From assembly GCF_009914755.1 (NCBI RefSeq), contig NC_060928.1: a DNA stretch of 64,000 nt. The stretch is one strand, 5' to 3'. This stretch comes from the human T2T-CHM13v2.0 reference genome, Homo sapiens. The position numbers were made by a program, and so were the translations under genes. The notes below the pieces were generated by a model, which made no database searches, was not told the origin of the DNA, and worked only from the letters and a program-made list of their open reading frames with translations. This document shows, one piece after another, positions 1-20,450 of the stretch. The number at the start of each line of letters is the position of its first letter. Within the stretch, counting starts at the first letter, position 1.

Positions 1-1394
1 AACTACAGAAGTTTCCTATCGAGATGAAAATCCATTTTCAGATTACACTATCTCATCATCTTTGTATCCTTTCAACACTGTCCTTAGCCCAATATCAGAG
101 ATGTTTGGTCCCAGAGATTTTATATTCTATAAATTTCCATTTTCACAGGCACTCTTCCATAAAACCTAAAAGTTTTCCATATGATTCTGGATTTTATTTA
201 TAATTTGGCACCAAAGACATGACAAGAAGTACTAGATCTTCTTGCAGTAGCCCAGCCTAATAAAACACATTTAATACTACACATTACCTTAGGAAAATGT
301 GAAAGTGAGCATTTCTAAGACAATTCTTAGGAGTAGAATTTTAAAGTATGATTTTTAAGAATATAAATAAAGAGTTTTTCATAATTCACAAATGTAATTT
401 TATCATATTAGTGGAACTTAGTTAAATGTATCATAAAACCTGAGGAAATTTGTCTACTTTAATGATAGATAAGCTACTAGCAATAATAATATCTTTAAGA
501 CTCTTTAAATGAAAACACTATTGCCTGTTTCTCAAAGAAATAGAGAATATGGTCGTTAACTCTGAAACTTAGAACAAAATTTCAAGATCATCTCATGAGT
601 GTTTTATTAGCTAAATTAGCCATTAGAGATGTCTAAATGCTTTTTAAATATTTGAAGACTTCATAACTGACTGTTTTAATTTGATTTTAAAAGTTTTGTG
701 AAGATGATAATAGTAATAGTGCTACTGCCTTAACATTGCACATATATTAAATACACTTTACCTTATGTGGACACTAAGTCATGTTATGGGTATCTATGAA
801 TGTTTAAAATGGTTTAATTTTATTATTTAATTTATAGTGCATTAAAATCAGCTACATTCCTAATGTTAAAATTTATAACATTTTTGGAGCCCAAGCATAA
901 TGCTAATGGCATTTCATTATTAATTCCATTAATCCACATCAAAAATCCTATGGAAGGCAAAATTATTTTTTGTTTTTGCCAATGAGAAACTTGAGGCAAA
1001 GAAAGCTTAAATAACTTGCTGAAAGTCAAACTTAGAGCTAAACAGCCGTGCTATAAATAATCTCAACTATATCAGAAAAATAAGTGTGTATGTGTGTGTG
1101 TGCACGTGTGTGTGCATGTAGACAAAGAGAAAGTGCACATACACAAATGATAAAGCAAATGGAATATTAGGAGGTTGAGCTGGGCAAAGAGTATATAAGT
1201 GTTCTTTGTATTATCACTATTTAATTTTTCCGTTTGAAATTATTTCTAAATAAAAATCTTTAAAAAACCTGACCAATTCTGAAATATCTATTTCTTTCCA
1301 TATACATATTTAGAAATGAAAGCTATATTGATACAAAGAAAATCTTATATTTAAAATTTTATGGAAAGAATAAATGCCATATTTTAGATATCAT

Positions 1395-2815
<1,421 letters not shown>

Positions 2816-3103
2816 AAAAAATTTTTATTTCCTGTGCTTGATTTGTTATATTATCACTGGTTATAATGGTTAGCAAACCTGTATTTGTTTAATTAATAAT
2901 GTATTAAACAATAAAAACAATCATTTGATAATTTAATTATTACTGCTTTATTAGTTGCATAAAAAAATAGAACCTTAAATACGGATCAGGATATATCTAT
3001 GGGGTTTTTTTGGTAATTTTATGGGAAGAATTAGTTTAATGTGCCCATTCTGGTTAAAGTCATGAAATCCTACATTTCTCTATAGCTAAATGAAGAATGT
3101 AGA

Positions 3104-3658
3104 ATTTTTTGTGGATACATAATAGTCGAATATATTTATGAGGTACAGTGATATTTTGATATATATATACAATGTGTAATGATCAATTACAGTATTTACA
3201 ATATCCATCACCTCAAACATTTATCATTTGTTTTGGAACATTTCAAATATTCTCTTCTAGCTATTCTGAAATATACTACATATTGTTGTTAACAGTAGTC
3301 ACCCTACTGTGCTATCAAACATTACAACTTATTCCTTCAGTCTACCCATATGTTTATACTCATTAACCAACTTCTCTTCACCCCCACCTCCCTGCCCGGG
3401 CAACCCTTCCGAGTCTCTGGTACCCATCATTCTACTCTCTACCTCCAGAAAATCAACTTTTTTAGCTACCACATATGAATGTTATTTCACTTAACATAAT
3501 GACCTCCAATCACATCTATGTTGCTGCAAACAACAGTGTTTTATTTTTTATAGCCGAATAGTATTCCATTGTGTATATATACCATAGTTTCTTTATCCAT
3601 TTATCCACTGATGAAAAATTAGGTTGATTGTACATCTTGTCTACTGTGAATAATGCTC
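3104..3658 (-). mobile_element. L1MA-type 3' end fragment
   Basis: 'tcttctagctattctgaaatatac', 'gaatagtattccattgtgtatatatacca', 'gtgaataatgct' match antisense L1MA 3'UTR. Confidence 0.8.
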
Positions 3659-5290
3659 CATTTTTTAACACATTTTTAAAACTGATAGGCATTGAAAAAA
3701 ATTCTTTTTCTGATAAATGTCTGTTAGATTTAAATAGTTATATAAAACAGTCCAATGGGTAAAAATGTAAACTATTTGGGAGAAGTAAATTAATGTTTTG
3801 AATTTCCAAATTTTATTTTTTTTCAAATTTTATGTTTCAAACTCCAGTCAAGTCTTTTGTTTTAAATATGAGTGTGGCTTAATAGCTAATCAACTTAAAT
3901 TTGAACAGTCCTCCTGTCTGTATTAAAAGAGTGTTCTCAATTACATACTGAATTAAATAAGAGATAGGAAGATTCTGAGAACTCAAAATTTATAGTTTCA
4001 TTACTCTGAAAAATTAAATCTAAAAATGTGTAAAAATCCACATTAATCATTCAGTTTCAGCACATAAATGTAAATGGCTTGTAACTAAAATTCACTTCAG
4101 ACTGTAAGTAATAATTACCCAGAAACACTGCATAAGCCTCATTAGAGCCTACACTTAATACAAGTGAGGAGCACAAGGGACCTGCACAAATCTGCACAAA
4201 TAAGTGGATTCTAGTATTTAATCAGCATAAAATAGTCACTATAAAGCTTCATTAAGAAGCATTTTCAAAACAGAAATCAGAGAAGATGATCTTGAAAATA
4301 AAATTTGATGTTGAAGTTGACAGTTGCTTTAACAAAATGCAGCTAATTTTTATGCAGCGGTCTTTTCATGTTCGTTTTCTCTATGTAAGAAATTAGTAAG
4401 AAGAAAAAAATAAGGAAGCTGTTGAAAACACCAATGGCATTCAGTATCTTTGTTTGATACACAGGCATTTACAAGTGCCATTAACTTTTTTCAACTTCTC
4501 ATTTTATATGATTCATGCTAGAAAATATTATCTTTCAAGAAGTCACTTTGGTAAACATCTCTAATTCTTACGGAATTGGGGCGCAAATTTTGTTATTAAT
4601 CTTGTAAGCTATATTTCTGATTTTCTACCCAGAGTAAATCAGACAACGTGATACATTTAAAACTGACAAATTGGAAGGCCTGAATTTTAAATTTGGTTGG
4701 GAATTTTCGGTATATTATTAGAAAGATATATTAACCTTGAAGTTTTTTTTTTTAATTTAGAGAACCATCTAAGTAACATAAGGTTTATATTCTTATTAAT
4801 ATCTAAAGAACACATTTGTTTCTATAACACAATAATAATGGATATGTCAGGTTTTAAATTTTATTTTCTATTTTCATACTAGAATATATATATATATAAC
4901 TTTTTAAAAAGCATAGCATTTAAATGAAATTATTAATTGCCTAGTACATACTTCTGCAAGTGCATAAACAAAAACGATACAATTTAATTTTTAAAATGGT
5001 GTTCACTACAACTGAAGTAATCATTTTTGGGGAATATAAGGGTTCTTTTTTATATAGTCCATTAAAAGTCAACAATGTTATGGCTTTCCAGCAACATACT
5101 TAACAGTACTATCCATTTAAATTTAGGTAATTCAAATAGCTAGAATAGTTTGTGAAATCCTGCAAGAAATAAGAACATATTAGAAAGGTAATCAATTGGC
5201 AAAATGCATAAGCTTTGGCCATTTTTAAAAAACATACTCAAAGTTTGGAAGGTAAAAACATTGCATAGTTCCATAAACTGAATACACGAA

Positions 5291-5376
5291 CCTTTATTTA
5301 GAAGGGATATTAAATATCCCTTCTAAATAAAGGGATATGTAAATGAATGACTTAATAAATATAAATAAATGACTGA
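5291..5376. repeat. Perfect 21-bp-arm hairpin (5291-5333) fused to a 57-bp direct copy of 6262-6318
   Basis: cctttatttagaagggatatt-a-aatatcccttctaaataaagg; 5320-5376 matches 6262-6318 at 55/57 positions. Confidence 0.92.
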
Positions 5377-5550
5377 GACTTGGATCATTGGTTTGTTCTA
5401 TACTTTCTGCTATCTCTTAGGCAATTCCCATGAGATTCCATTATCAAAGTGTTGCACTCACGTAGTCTTTTTCAACACAAGCGGGATTTTAGGAGGATTA
5501 AATTTGGTGAAATTTAAATTTATACACTTCTAGAAGTTAAATATGCACTC

Positions 5551-5748
5551 ATGTATACACACATATATAAATATAGATATATGTGAATATACACCTATAT
5601 TTATATAGGTGTATATACATACCTATATATATTCCTCTCTATATATATGGGTATATATTCATATATTCATATTATATATGAATTCAGATATATTCATATA
5701 TTCATATATCTCTCTACATAAATATATGTGTGTATATACATGTATATA
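5551..5748. repeat. TA-rich low-complexity tract with an internal hairpin
   Basis: atatacacctatat-tt-atataggtgtatat at 5587-5616; the two ends of the tract are loosely complementary. Confidence 0.8.
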
Positions 5749-6094
5749 ATAGGTTAGCAAACATTATCTTGTGATGTTTCAGCCATTAGAAAAAAATGAA
5801 ATAAATTATGTCAGAGTACTTACAGGAAAAATCAGTTACATATTTTAATAAAACTGTCTTCTTAAGCCAGTTCCCATACCATTTTGTTCCTGCTAACTTG
5901 CTCTGAATTACTATAATTTCTCCTCAATGTTTATATTTTAGCTTTTGAATAAGAAGTATTATGTGTGTGCATGAATGTATGTGTGCTGGTGTGTTTTAGA
6001 TTCAAATCCCAGTTATGAGACTTGGCCAAGTTAGTTCTGTCCACAACTAACATACTAAAAATGAAGTTAGTGGGACAAAAGATGAGTGTCTAAA

Positions 6095-6262
6095 ACAGAG
6101 GTCACCCACCACTTGCACCAGGATCACCTGGGAAGCTAGAATGTGCAGATGTCTTAGTCCCACCTGGGGCTGAACTAACATCTTTTGAAGAAGGATCTAT
6201 AATCTGCTTTTCAAGAAAGCTATTCTCATTTTCTTAAGCACATTAAAGAGTGTAAATCACTC
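6095..6262. mobile_element. MER5-like hAT-Charlie DNA transposon fossil
   Basis: 'atcacctgggaagctagaatgtgcagat...cccacc...aatctgcttttcaagaa...gcacattaaagagtgtaaatcact' follows the MER5A layout. Confidence 0.6.
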
Positions 6263-6489
6263 TTCCAAATAAAGGGATATGTAAATGAATGACTTAATAC
6301 ATATAAATAAATGACTGAAAACCACATTAAGGTTACTTTTTTAAAAGATGTCTTCAGAAAGATTAGAATCATTGTAGGGAAGAAAGAAATATTTGGAACA
6401 AAGAGTTCAAAGAGCTTCAAGGCAGGACTCAACTTCCTAGTGAAGGGCGGCCTTTTAAATTATTCAGAGTCCAAGCAAGTAGACTAATA

Positions 6490-6538
6490 GTAATATGTTA
6501 AAAGTTCAGCATATGTAATATGTTAAAAGTTCAGCATA
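6490..6538. repeat. 25-bp tandem duplication
   Basis: gtaatatgttaaaagttcagcata(t) x2. Confidence 0.9.
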
Positions 6539-7346
6539 ACTTGATTTTGGACTTTATTTCCTATTACTAGAAGATTTTACATTGGTATGCTGTACTGATG
6601 GGAGGAAAGTGGACCCTTCAGGCTTCGATGGATCAAACATATAATAAAGCACTGGAAACTGGGAAATTTCATGTGTTGCAAGTAACTGAGTGAATATTGT
6701 TGGCTCTTTGAGAACTGACAGAAACCCTAGTGGGATTCTGATAAAACATTCCAATTTACATTTTTACAAAGTCATGACACTTAGATGATACGGATTATTC
6801 TGGGTCAAAGTAAATTATATGAAAATTTAATCATATGTACAAGGCAATGCTGAAAGCAGTTTCAAGAGTATGAATGACGAAGAGAGGGATGATGAGAAAA
6901 CGATGAAGGGAGCGAGAAAAGACAGCAAGTCTCAAGGATTTCTTAAAATCTTAAGAAAATTTGTGTTGATGATATAAAGAAAATGAAAAACATATTGTGA
7001 TAGTGATCAGGCTATTAGAAACATTTCTTAAGCATTAGTATTAACGATGCACTAATTTGTGTAAAACAATTGCAAAGGAATGTCAAGTAAATTATTTCTG
7101 TAATTCAAATAATGTAAACTATTTTAAGCTTTATGATTTTTTGTATATACTTTAAATTCTGGGATACATATGCTGAACGTGTAAGTTTGTTACATGGGTA
7201 TACATGTGCCATGGTGGCTTGCTGCACCTATCAACCTGTCATCTACATTAGGTATTTTTCCTAATGCTATCCCTCCCCTAGTTCCCCACCCCCTGACAGG
7301 CCCCAGTATGTGATGTTCCCCTCCTTGTGACCATGCGTTCTCATTT

Positions 7347-11162
<3,816 letters not shown>

Positions 11163-11222
11163 AATGCTAGCTGGTTATTTTGCCCATTAGTTGATGCAGG
11201 TTCTTTATAGTGTCGGTGGTCT

Positions 11223-12249
11223 TTACAATTTGCTATGTTGTTGCAGTGGCTGGTACCGGTGTTTCCTTTCCATATTTAGTGCTTCCTTCAGGAGCTCTTG
11301 TAAGACATGCTTGGTAGTGACAAAAATCTCTCAGCATTTTCTTGTCTGTAAAGGATTTTATTTCTCCTTTGCTTATGAAGCTTAGTTTGGCTGGCTATAA
11401 AACTCGGGGTTGAAATTTATCTTCTTTAAGAATGTTGAATATTGGCCCCCAGACTCTCTTCTGGCTTGTACAGTTTCTGCAGAGAGATACACTGTTAGTC
11501 TGATGGGCTTCCCTTTGTGGGTAACCTGACCTTTCTCTCTGGCTGCCCTTAACGTTTTTTTCCTTCATTTCAACGTTGATAAATCTGAGGATTATGTGTC
11601 TTGGGATTGCTCTTCTCAGGAGTGTATTTGTAGTGTTCTCTGTATTTCCTGAATTTGAATATTGGGCTGTCTTTCTAGGTTGGAGAAGTTCTCCTGGAAT
11701 ATCCTGAAGAGTGTTTTCCAACTTGGTTCTATTCTCCCCATCACTTTCAGGTACACCAATCAAATGTAAGTTTGGTCTTTTCACACAGTCCCATATTTCT
11801 TTGAGGCTTTATTCATTCCTTTTCATTCTTTTTTCTCTAATCTTGTCTTCACACTTTATTTCATTAAGTTGATCTTCAATCTCTGAAAATCTTTCTTCTG
11901 CTTGATTGATTCAGCGAGTGATACTTGTGTATGCTTCATGAAGTTCTCACGCTGTGTTTTTCAGGTCCATCAGGTCATTTATCTTCTTCTCTAAACTGGT
12001 TATTCTAGTTAGCAATTCCTCTAACCTTTTTTCAAGTTTCTTGGCTTCCTTGCTTTGGGTTAGAACATGCTCCTTTAGCTCAGAAGAGTTTGTTACTACC
12101 CACCTTCTGAAGACTATTCCTGTCAATTCATCAAACTTGTTCTCCGTCCAGTTTTGTTCCCTTGCTGGCAAGTAGTTGTGATCCTTTGGAGGAGAAGAGG
12201 TGTTCTGGTGTTTGGAATTTTCAGCCTTTTGTGCTGGTTTTTCCTTACC
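11223..12249 (-). pseudogene. Disrupted L1 ORF1
   Basis: 'KRPNLHLIGVPESDGEN..KLENTLQDI', 'PRHIILRF', 'REQNWTENKFDELT..ELKEHVLTQ' are L1 ORF1p segments; frameshifted. Confidence 0.88.
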
Positions 12250-13564
12250 TTCGTGGATTTATCTACCTTTGGTCTTTGATGTTGGTCACCTTTAGATGGG
12301 GTTTTTGTGCGGACGTCCTTTTTTTGATCTTGATGCTATTCCTTTCTGTTTGTTAGTTTTCCTTCTCACGGTCAGGCCTCTCTGCTACAGGTCTGCTGGA
12401 GTTTGCTGGAGGCCCACTACAGAACCTGTTTGCCTGGGTATCACCAGCAGAGGCTGCTGAACAGCAAGGATTGTTGCCTGTTCTTCCTCTGGAAGCTTCA
12501 TGCCAGAGGGGCACCCACCCAATACCAGTTGGAGCTCCTGTATGAGGTGTCTATCAACCCCTGCTGGTAGAGTCTCCCAGTCAGGAGGCATGGAGTCAGA
12601 GACCCACTTGAGGAGGCAGTCTGTCCCTTAGCAGAGCTCGAGTGCTGTGCTGGGAGATCCACTGCTGTCTTCGGAGCCAGCAGGCAGGAACATTTAAGTC
12701 TGCTGAAGCAGTGCCCACAGCCAGCCCTTCCCCCAGGTGCTCTGTCCCAGGGAGACGGGAGTTTTATCTATAAGCCCCTGACTGGGGCTGCTGCCTTTCT
12801 TTCAGAGATGCCTTGCCCTGAGAGTAGGAATCTAGGGAGGTAGTCTGGCTGCAATGGCTTTGCAGAGCTGTGGTGGGTCCCACCCCATTTGAACTTCCAG
12901 GTGGCTTTGTTTACATTGTGAGGGGAAAACTGCCTAATCAAGCCTTATTAATGGTGGATGCCCCTCCTCTCACCAAACTCCAGGGTCCCAGGTCAACTTC
13001 CGACTTCTATGCTGGTAGCAAAAATTTCAAGCCGGTGGATCTTAGCTTGCTGGGCTCTGTGGGGGTGGGATCTACTGAGCTAGACCACTTGGCTCCCTGG
13101 CTTCAGCCCCTTTTCCATGGGAGTGAACAATTCTGTCTTGCTGGTTTTCCAGGTGCCACTGGTGTATGAAAAAAAAAACTCCTGCAGGTAGCTCAGTTTC
13201 TGCCCAAACAGCTGCCCAGTTTTGTGCTTGAAACACAGGGCCCTGGTGGTGTAGGCACCCAAGGGAATCTCCTGGTCTGAAGGTTGCAAAGACCATGGGA
13301 AAAGCCTAATATCTGTGCCAGAGTGCACCGTTCCTTATGGCACAGTCCCCTGTGGCTTCCCTTGGCTAGGGGAGGGAGTTCCCTGACTCCTTGTGCTTCC
13401 CAGGTGAGGCAACACCCCACCCTGCTTCAGCTCACCCTCTGTGGGCTGCACCCACTGTCTAACCAGTCCCAATGAGATGAGCCAGGTACCTCAGTTGGAA
13501 ATGCAGAAATCACCCACCTTCTGCGTTGATCTTGCTGGGAGCTGCAGACTGGAGCTGTTCCTAT

Positions 13565-13580
13565 TTGGCCATCTTGCCAG
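13565..13580 (-). promoter_or_regulatory. YY1 site at the start of the L1 internal promoter
   Basis: CAAGATGGCC (gccatcttg on the plus strand) at the canonical position near the L1 5' end. Confidence 0.6.
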
Positions 13581-13911
13581 CCACCTATGATGGTTTTTAG
13601 GTAAACTATTCTGTTACAACTTTCTTTAAATTTGAATATTGATTGTTATTTAACAGTATTAGTATGACCCACACTCTCAATTAGTTGACACTGACCCAAT
13701 TATAGTAAATTCATTGATTTCTAATTCAATAGCTTTAAAAGGAGTGTGAGCCTTGTCTTTATATTTATTTGGAGATAAATATAGAACTAGATATTGTAAA
13801 AGTTTAAGCTTAAAGAAAAAACCCTATTTTACATGTGTACAGTGTAGATAAGACAGATAATGAATGTGGTATTTTCAGCTATATATTCAGAGGTAGGTTT
13901 TGAAAAAGAGC

Positions 13912-15066
<1,155 letters not shown>

Positions 15067-18000
15067 GAGATTAGTAACCCTACTATGATAGCAAAATATA
15101 TAAAATACAGAAAAATCAGAAAGTGTGAAAAATATTTCTTGATAAAAAAGTATAATTGTGTTAATATTAACTACATCACTCAATTTTTAATACTTATTTG
15201 TGCTTCATTAAATCTCTGAAAAATCAATATCTTAATTTATCAAGTATTTATTGTTCTAATACTATGTAACAAACTCTGATAGGTAATATAACTAGAAAGA
15301 TAATTTTAAAAATTATTATCCTGAGAAGCTTATAGTCTAAAAGGTAAAGAAATAGATTATTGTAACCTAATGTCATAATTCTATGGTATGTTCTTATGTA
15401 GCATGCCTTATGAAAATATAAGAAAAGTGAATCTTCTACTCAGGAGTTAGGAAATTCAATGTTATTATACAAATTAAAATCGGAACAAGTGAATTATATT
15501 TCAGAATCTATACACAGGGTATATATAAGTCACATTTAGAGAGTGTGAAATAGAGAAACATTAAAATTCAGATGAGACAATATTTTTTTCCTTTGAGATA
15601 CATTTTAATCCAACTTTTAAAGTGTTGAAGAAAATAGGTCTCTATTAATAGGGAAGTGGCAAAACCAAAACCTCCTGATAGAGTCACCTCCATCTCTACC
15701 GTCATCACCGTTTCTCCATCTTCAGGCTAAGACATCCATAAAAAGCATTTAGAAAAGGCATTAGCTCCTTCGTGTTCAACTGCTACTGCAATGCATGACT
15801 CTACATAGCAACAACTGGTACCAGAAATAGTGCACTCAGAATATGAAACATAAAGTTGGTCCAGTTGGGACCAAAAGTATTTATAATCCAATGATTAGGG
15901 AAAGGGTATGTTCTGTAGTAGACCACAGGTAAAGAATCATATGTAGTCTAACATAGGAGCCAATAAATAGATATTAGAAAAATTCATTAAGTTCGATTAT
16001 CTCACAGGAAAATGACTTTTATTTTCTTATTATTTCCTAAATCACAGATAATTCTATGCTCTTTGATTTTTATTTGTTTGTTTGTCTGCCAGGCCTCTAT
16101 TTTCAAAGTCCTAGTGAAGAAAAAAAATTATTAGGTTGGTATTCTGTTTGATACTCTTAAATCTATCTATGAACTTTATTCTTAAAATTCACAAGTTGGG
16201 TTTAATTTACAAGGCTTTTAATACAAAAAAAAATCCTAATCATCAAACTTTAGAATGCTAATTTAAACAAATAATTATACTTTCATATGAGGAAAAACAT
16301 TTCTCAACACATCTGAGTATCTAATGACTAAATAAATGCCTGTTTATACATAAAATATTTATTTTGAAGAAAAATTTCTAAGGGCATTTTTATTCAGGAA
16401 ACTAAAATGTTACAAATTAATTTATCAAATAATGGGCCTCATATATAAGATGAGAAACAAGTTTCCCAATTGTCTTGTGGAGCAGCATTTTGAATGTTCA
16501 CTAAGAATATTTATTTTATTATATATTTTATATTAACCAAAGCTAATGTTTTTTTTCATTTAGCAACTCCAGCAGTTCCATTTCTAGTTTGAAATTTGAA
16601 ATTACATAAAAGCATAGTTTTGGAATTTTAAAAAATCCTGTTAAAATCCAGAACAGTATTTATTTAGTGTACATTCTTGGGAAAATATTCAAATATTTGT
16701 ATTGCCACATGGCAGTTCTGAACACAGAAGCATAGAGTAACTACCCACCTTCCTCCCCCACCCCCGCCAAATTATCTTATTTGTTTGCTAAAACAGATGA
16801 ATTCTAGCTCTATTTTTGTTTTGGGGAAACTCTCCAAGTAGTCTGTAGAACATGTTTCATAGGCTTTAGCACACCTGAACCAGGTCTTCAAACATGGGAA
16901 TACAGCCAGGAACAAGCCTCAGAAGAAAACTGATGAGAGACTCTGCTATTGGTTTATGGAAAACGGAGCTTAGTGCCAGAAGTCGATGTTTCCTTTTTAT
17001 ATGTATACACTAGAAACCTAAATTTATGAGAGAAAATGCTGGTTTACAGAGAGAAAAGAGATCAAATTTATTCCAATATTTAGGTCTCACTGTTTCTTCC
17101 TCAGCGCTGCTGTTTTCTTATTTAAAATTGTGCTCTTTAAAAATCTGCAGCAGATCAGAGCTGCTTCTTTTAATAAATGGCAAATACATCAATTATCATT
17201 CACTCTTCTTAACTGCTTGCTTTAAAAACACACACTAATATAGAGAATATGAATATAACATGCTGATGTTAGAAAAAAACTAATTCAGACTTAAAGATAC
17301 AAAATTTTGATAAATTGTTATTGTAGTGTCTACCAGTAATAGGATAAGTAAAAATTCAGAAAACTGAATGAATATATGCTTATTTTTGTTTTCATTTTGC
17401 ATAATAGCACTCTCTTGTTTATCATAACATTTATAAATGTACACACATATTCATTGTGGAAGTACTGAAAATGTAAAACATATATAAATAAAAATTAAAC
17501 TGACGTGGCATTTCATCATATGGAATTAATCACCATTATCCATTCATTGTATTCACTTTTAGAACTTTTCCTATGTTTCTATGTGGAACTCTTAGGCTAT
17601 ATGTGTATACTTTGTGTGATTGTGTGCATGTAAGAGTTCTCTATGCCTTATCAGGTTATAGCTACAAAGAAAATTTACAAATGGCAATAACCATAATTTG
17701 ATGAGTTTTTTTTTCTCACCTGCTACTGCTGTAACTCCAAGTCTTCTCAGTTATTTCTTTTCATGTTATCTAACAGCATCTTCAGAAGTATTTCTCATGT
17801 GGTTGACAATATGTCTAGAGAAATTCTCTTTTCATACACAACTGGGTATATCTGTGTATTAGGTTTTCTTCACCTATTCAGATTGCTATTATTCATTATT
17901 ATAGCTCAATTAGTTCCAATTATTCATATTAAATCTTCTTTACAGGCATTGGCTGCATGCTCTTGTCAAGGTTTCCATTTTCCATTTAACTTTCCATGGG

Positions 18001-19029
18001 CATGGCTTCTGTTTTGACTGAGTATTGAATTGCTTTCATGTCATTCTGTCTTTGATATAAAAGTGAAATGATTGGCCTTCTCACATTGCACCACACATTT
18101 CATCTGACACCAAAGAAGTGTTATTTTTTTTTCCAGTCTCATGGAATCTTGTCCAAAAAGCAGGTTTTTCTGATTTCCTGTGTTGTCAGTATAATCTGGT
18201 CTTGGATGTCAGTAGCTTGCCAATATCTCCATTAATTTTGCCACAGTGTACGTGGATATGCATACCTTTGCCTTCACCGAAACCCCCAATGCATTTCCAC
18301 CATGCAGGTGGAATTGGGGTATTCATATATATGCCTAATATATCAAGAAATGTCTGCATTCCAGTGGTGGGCGCAGATTATGCCTATCTTGATATCTACC
18401 AGATTGCACCATGTAAGTCTGTACAATCCTAGGAAAAAATAAACCCTTTCATCAAAATGTTTTGAAAGAACCTATTGCAAGATTCTTTCTATCATTGCAA
18501 TATTTTAACAATTTGAGATTTGTTTTTTAGTTTACCTCAGAATGATGTTTGCCTCTTACTTATTTTAACTTTATAAGAATTAAAATTTATTGATATGTGT
18601 TCATAACTTTTTAAAGTTTTATTTTATGGCAATGTACTCTTATATTGAGGTTTATTAAATACTTTTTTTTTTGATTGCATATTTTGTATTTCTCCCTCTT
18701 ATCCATCTGCCCATCTGTACTTTTATTTGCTGTCTGTTGTAAGGTGGGAATACAGCTTAGTATTCTTTCTCTACATTAAAATTGAAATGGAGAATTCTTC
18801 TAAATATACTGTGATAGAAATTAGGAACTCAGAAGTCAATTTCAAAAGATTTTCTTCAATGAACTCGAAGCCTCTTGAGAAAAACACAGGTAAAATATAA
18901 ATTTACATGAATAGTTAATGGATGCCATATGTGATCATTTCTGTTATTACTATTTTAAATACTTAATATTTACTGAGGTCTTTCTGTGAAGATTTGTTAT
19001 ATCTTTTATTAATCAGACTTAAAGGCTAG

Positions 19030-19990
19030 AAGAAAGATGCAAATATGCCATACAGTTTTCCACCTTGAGAAACTGGTTATATGATATAGCACAGTTAGGG
19101 AATTCTATAGGATGGACTGGTATGGGGAGAAAAAAATTTATGAGTTCAATTTTGGACAGATTGGTTAATATGTCTATAAGACTTCTAAGAAGAGGTGTCC
19201 TGGAGAAGTGTCTTGGAGACCTTAGCAAAGGCAGTGCCACTGGAATGACAAGTCAGAAGTCAGATTAAATTGAATTGAGCACTAAGTTAAAAATTAAGAA
19301 TAAGGGCAGCAAGTACAAACAAATGTTCATAAAAAATGAGAGTGTGAAATAAAAGCTAGGTATGACCTGGACAAAAACAGAAAGTCAAAAAAAGAGTCTT
19401 TTTTGTGTGTTTGAGAAAGAATTTACCATATAACAGCAATGAAAGAAAGAGTACAGTGTAAAAGGACACATGTGTATCCAGGGCCTCTGAAGGAATATAT
19501 AACCAGGCAGCTGAGAGGAAGAAGAGGATGTGATAAAGGCAGAAGATAAGAGTCATTCCATTGAAATAATGAAGAAAGAGGTCCAGATAAATACACATTT
19601 GTTAATTTGATGATGCAAAATTGAAGACCTTTTAACAAGATGACTTACTGTCTTTAATGTGGCTCTGAGGTTATCTGCTAAGGAGCTTGGAGAAAAGTCA
19701 AGAAGGTTGCAAATAGTGATTAAGAAGAATTAGAGAGTAAATTCACAAGGGAAATGGTAATATTGCTGATCAAACCCTAGAAGGCACTATGCTTAGTGAG
19801 TAGAAATTTACATTGGTGCTATTCTTCTAGGCCATGTGATTACTTCCGGCATGACAGCTAGCTTGGATAAGCAGGAGAAAGACACTTAATTTCAATCAAC
19901 ATTGAAGTCTTAAGGGCAGGTGAAATGAAATAGCTGGGGGTTTAAAACTTTGTCAAGAGAATATCAAAAATGATGTCAAGGGGTGTGGGT
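19030..19990 (-). mobile_element. Degraded L2 fragments
   Basis: 'gagttcaattttggaca..ttaatatgtctataagacttctaagaagagg' and purine-rich continuation resemble antisense L2. Confidence 0.5.
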
Positions 19991-20450
19991 GGTAGATAGG
20001 AGAGCTTAGCCTGGCCCCCCAAACGGCTTTTAACATTTACTTTTTTTAAATACACAAATTACATTTTATGAAGAAAAGATTTTTAAAAAGACTTGGCAAA
20101 TTGAAATAGTTAAAAAACACAAGAGAATTGCATAGATAATCTTGTTAAGGTTACCTACAGATGAACAAATTCAGCCAAAATGTCCAGACTCCTCTTAGGA
20201 GAAACTGGAAGAGTGTTTCCCTTTTCTTTAAGAAGGCTCGTGGATGGTTAACTTTGGTGTGATTACTGCTCATCTTTTATAAAATGCTCTAACCTTTCTT
20301 TTGAGAGAATCTTAAAATAGGGAGCAGCGAAAATAGTGCTTTAATTACACTATCTCTTCTTTGCATCTCTTAGCTCATGTTTGAATATATTCTGTGGAAA
20401 ATCAGCTGCATTAAAAAGTATTTGGAATCTTCCCTTACCATACTTCTCTT

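Noticed and set aside
16890-17230. Repeat-free stretches that could be conserved non-coding elements (also ~4330-4680, 23080-23570, 29380-30080)
   Set aside because: Conservation cannot be judged from a single sequence; no specific signal to support a call.
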